DNA of 29,245 nucleotides from Candidatus Thorarchaeota archaeon (GTDB lineage Archaea; Asgardarchaeota; Thorarchaeia; Thorarchaeales; Thorarchaeaceae): NCBI GenBank assembly GCA_029855935.1, contig JAGSHN010000014.1, positions 1 to 29,245 of the forward strand, read 5' to 3'. Shown piece by piece: positions 27,219 to 29,245 of this stretch (position 1 is its first letter; each line of letters starts with the position of its first letter). The notes under the pieces were generated by a model. It saw only the letters and a program-made list of their open reading frames with translations, ran no database searches and was not told where the DNA came from. The position numbers and the translations under genes were made by a program.

Positions 27219-27638
27219 CTAGTTGTGCCCATCGGCTCTATGTGCGGCGTCCGAACCTGAAGCCGCATCCTGGGTAGTCCCAGAAGGATGTCTGTCGTTG
27301 CTGCTCAAGACAAGGAGCAAGGTGACAAATGCAATGAGCGAGGGTATGAATCCCCATACGAAGAGGAACCATTGGGACAGGAGGAACGATGCTAGGCCGT
27401 TTGCCAATCGACAGACCGTGCTCCATTCTCGAGGATGAACCCGGAAGAGTGTTGTGAGCCTGCCTTTGTCTGCCGAGGCGGAATCGAGTGATATCTGTGC
27501 AGCGAGTCTGATCCGTCGGGCGAACCAGACGAGAATCATTCCAGGGATTCCTAAGTACAAGAAGAGAAGAAAGCCGTCAACCTCCGGGAGAAGACCAGTG
27601 AAGAACCACTCGAGCTGCAAGCTACCACCATCCTGCAA
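27219..27638 (-). CDS. Small membrane partner protein (orphan candidate immunity)
   Basis: 139 aa, three hydrophobic segments, polar tail; same strand as the cassette array; partial decayed duplicate at 26150-26250. Confidence 0.65.
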   Translation of the reverse strand: MQDGGSLQLEWFFTGLLPEVDGFLLFLYLGIPGMILVWFARRIRLAAQISLDSASADKGRLTTLFRVHPREWSTVCRLANGLASFLLSQWFLFVWGFIPSLIAFVTLLLVLSSNDRHPSGTTQDAASGSDAAHRADGHN

Positions 27639-27761
27639 TCAGTCCTTCGAAGATAGAGACCAGAAGAAGATTGTCGGGCCGCCCCACTTGAAGATACCGG
27701 GCATCGCCGAAAGAACGGGGCACAGTTGCCTGTTTCCAGTGCAGACGTGGCCAATTCTTGG

Positions 27762-28187
27762 CTATGTGGGAGAAACTTCTGTTCTGTCAAGGGCCTCACG
27801 TTTCTCTCTTCGATAGTCCAGAAGCTCTCCCAAGGGCAGTAGCATCCACGGAACTGTAGCCACGAGGAGCCCGTCCAACAACTCATAGGGGTACAGAAGC
27901 ACTGTCTGGACGAGGATTGCGATTGCTGGCAAGAACATCATGAGGCCAAGAACAACGTGACCAATCAATCGTTTCTCACAGAAATCGACAAATCGTTGGA
28001 ATGGGTTCGTTGAATCGAAAGAGGATTTCAACCTTGTTCTTGCAACCCAAGCCAAGAGAAGACCAAATATGAAGAATGGGATCGTAAAGAGCACCGTGTA
28101 GAATGCCAAGTAGATTATCTCCGTAGAGAGTGAACCGGTTCCTAGAATGTCGAGGATGTGTTTTGCAGATTGAGTATTCTTCGCCAT
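27762..28187 (-). CDS. Small 3-TM membrane partner protein (candidate immunity for variant 3), family B
   Basis: ATG overlaps the upstream stop (TAATG); three TM segments; PLGELLDYRREKRE tail. Confidence 0.8.
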   Translation of the reverse strand: MAKNTQSAKHILDILGTGSLSTEIIYLAFYTVLFTIPFFIFGLLLAWVARTRLKSSFDSTNPFQRFVDFCEKRLIGHVVLGLMMFLPAIAILVQTVLLYPYELLDGLLVATVPWMLLPLGELLDYRREKREALDRTEVSPT

Positions 28188-29245
28188 TATGTTCTCACTA
28201 CTTCACCCATATCGTAGGCTATGCGCTCAAGAAGATCTGTGAATATCAAAGCAGCAGCCAGTGCCACTATTGGCAGCATCATAAAAAGGCTTAGTGCGAA
28301 AATGGCGTATGAGGCCAATGTGAATTCCTGAGCTATCTGTTCTAGGCCAAAGACCCTGTAGATCAAAGAGGGTAGACGTCCTGCTGCAGCATAAGTACTT
28401 GCAACAACCCCGAAAATGCTTGCCGCAAATCCGACAAGCATATACCCTGCCGCGACCCGATCAATTGCTGACTCGATTACCATATGACTGAATTCAAGAA
28501 TCCACATGTGCCATAGAACAAGAAGTGCTATTGCAGCTGCAGCAAAGCACAGTTGAGCAAAAGTGTTCCCTTTCTCGGCGAGAGGAGCAAGGATTCTGGC
28601 AAGAAGATATGCAGCATTGACGCCAAGCGTCAAGCTCTGTAGGTCTAGGAAGTACGGTGCGAACTTCTCGGACGAACTCTGAACCAACGCCTCCATCTCA
28701 GAGTCACTCATTGACGATTCGTCAATCAGTTGAAAAGCAAAGTCGTCAATTCCCCACATGCCGAGCAGGTCAACCCATAGCGCTATCTGAAAAGCCACTG
28801 TGGGATACGGACTGTAGTCGACAACAAAATGTACTACTGGCCACCAACCAGTCCAAAAGACACTGAGATGGTCAGGTGCATCGTTCTGTGCATTCTCAAG
28901 GAAGCTATCAAGTGCTTTGCTATCGGGTAAACGTGTGCCATCAAACTCCTGAAACTCATCCGGGTCCTGTGCGTTGGGATCGTGTCTGTTCAGGTCTGCG
29001 ACGACGTTGATGTCGTGGACCCTCATCTCGACGAGGGGATACGAATAGGCTCTGTAGCCGAGGATGGCGACGTACTTGATGACTCTTGAGGCAGTCACCA
29101 CGTTCGCCAGCGGATAGGACGATCCCTGTCCATCGATGCTGGCAAAGATGGCGCCCTGCGGACTGCCATCGTACTCGTCCCACCAGAGCCTCCCCGTCTT
29201 CCTGAAGGAGGAGTAGATGTAGCCTGAGGAGCGGTACGACGATGA
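28187..29245 (-). CDS. 5'-partial cassette protein variant 3: constant domain plus divergent multi-TM tip
   Basis: Frame is open to the window edge (SSSYRSSGYIYSSFRKTGRLWWDEYDG...); near-identical to variant 2 up to NAQDPDE, then diverges, keeping only DGT, WTGxWP, DLLGxW and SDSExEAL. Confidence 0.88.
   Translation of the reverse strand, partial: SSSYRSSGYIYSSFRKTGRLWWDEYDGSPQGAIFASIDGQGSSYPLANVVTASRVIKYVAILGYRAYSYPLVEMRVHDINVVADLNRHDPNAQDPDEFQEFDGTRLPDSKALDSFLENAQNDAPDHLSVFWTGWWPVVHFVVDYSPYPTVAFQIALWVDLLGMWGIDDFAFQLIDESSMSDSEMEALVQSSSEKFAPYFLDLQSLTLGVNAAYLLARILAPLAEKGNTFAQLCFAAAAIALLVLWHMWILEFSHMVIESAIDRVAAGYMLVGFAASIFGVVASTYAAAGRLPSLIYRVFGLEQIAQEFTLASYAIFALSLFMMLPIVALAAALIFTDLLERIAYDMGEVVRT
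28955..29245 (-). repeat. Constant-region repeat, right copy (inverted partner 3110-3400); runs off the window edge
   Basis: Direct comparison: 142 bp identical, then colinear high similarity. Confidence 0.97.

Noticed and set aside
2849-29245. Diversity-generating retroelement (template/variable repeat pair)
   Set aside because: No reverse transcriptase in the window; differences between repeat copies are mostly synonymous and not adenine-specific; the variable part is a whole domain downstream of the repeat.
1-29245. CRISPR array or cas genes
   Set aside because: No regularly spaced short direct repeats; all repeats are coding-derived and irregular.
3110-29245. Composite transposon or IS terminal inverted repeats
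   Set aside because: The inverted repeats lie inside protein-coding frames; no transposase or integrase ORF and no target-site duplication seen.

Overview
Archaeal-type sequence, most consistent with an Asgard archaeon (Thorarchaeota-like; inferred from GGAGGTGA ribosome-binding sites and the style of the NosD/beta-helix plus Ig-repeat surface proteins, not from a marker gene). The window has a nested, mirror-like layout. The centre (about 6.8-23.0 kb) holds four paralogous surface beta-helix (NosD/PbH1-like) genes, one of them disrupted, and two small membrane genes. Both flanks (1-6.8 kb on +, 23.4-29.2 kb on -) are arrays of one repeating unit: a conserved 'constant' coding segment (...KTYVALYDEN...FNVYFYPQG.SSSYRSSGYI...AILGYRAYSYPLVEMRVHDI.VVADLNR), a highly divergent hydrophobic C-terminal tip, and a tightly coupled small membrane 'partner' gene. 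Three tips, about eight mostly intact partner genes and at least six decayed constant-region relics are visible. Two constant copies are identical over 142 bp in inverted orientation (3110-3251 and 29104-29245), so recombination between them would swap tips. This resembles polymorphic toxin-immunity loci with orphan cassettes (Rhs/CDI/MafB-like logic), but uses domains I do not recognise: a candidate undescribed archaeal polymorphic membrane-toxin or antigenic-variation system. The right arm also carries a DUF2283-DUF4258 pair and an MNT nucleotidyltransferase with no HEPN partner. No rRNA, tRNA, CRISPR array, transposase or reverse transcriptase was seen.
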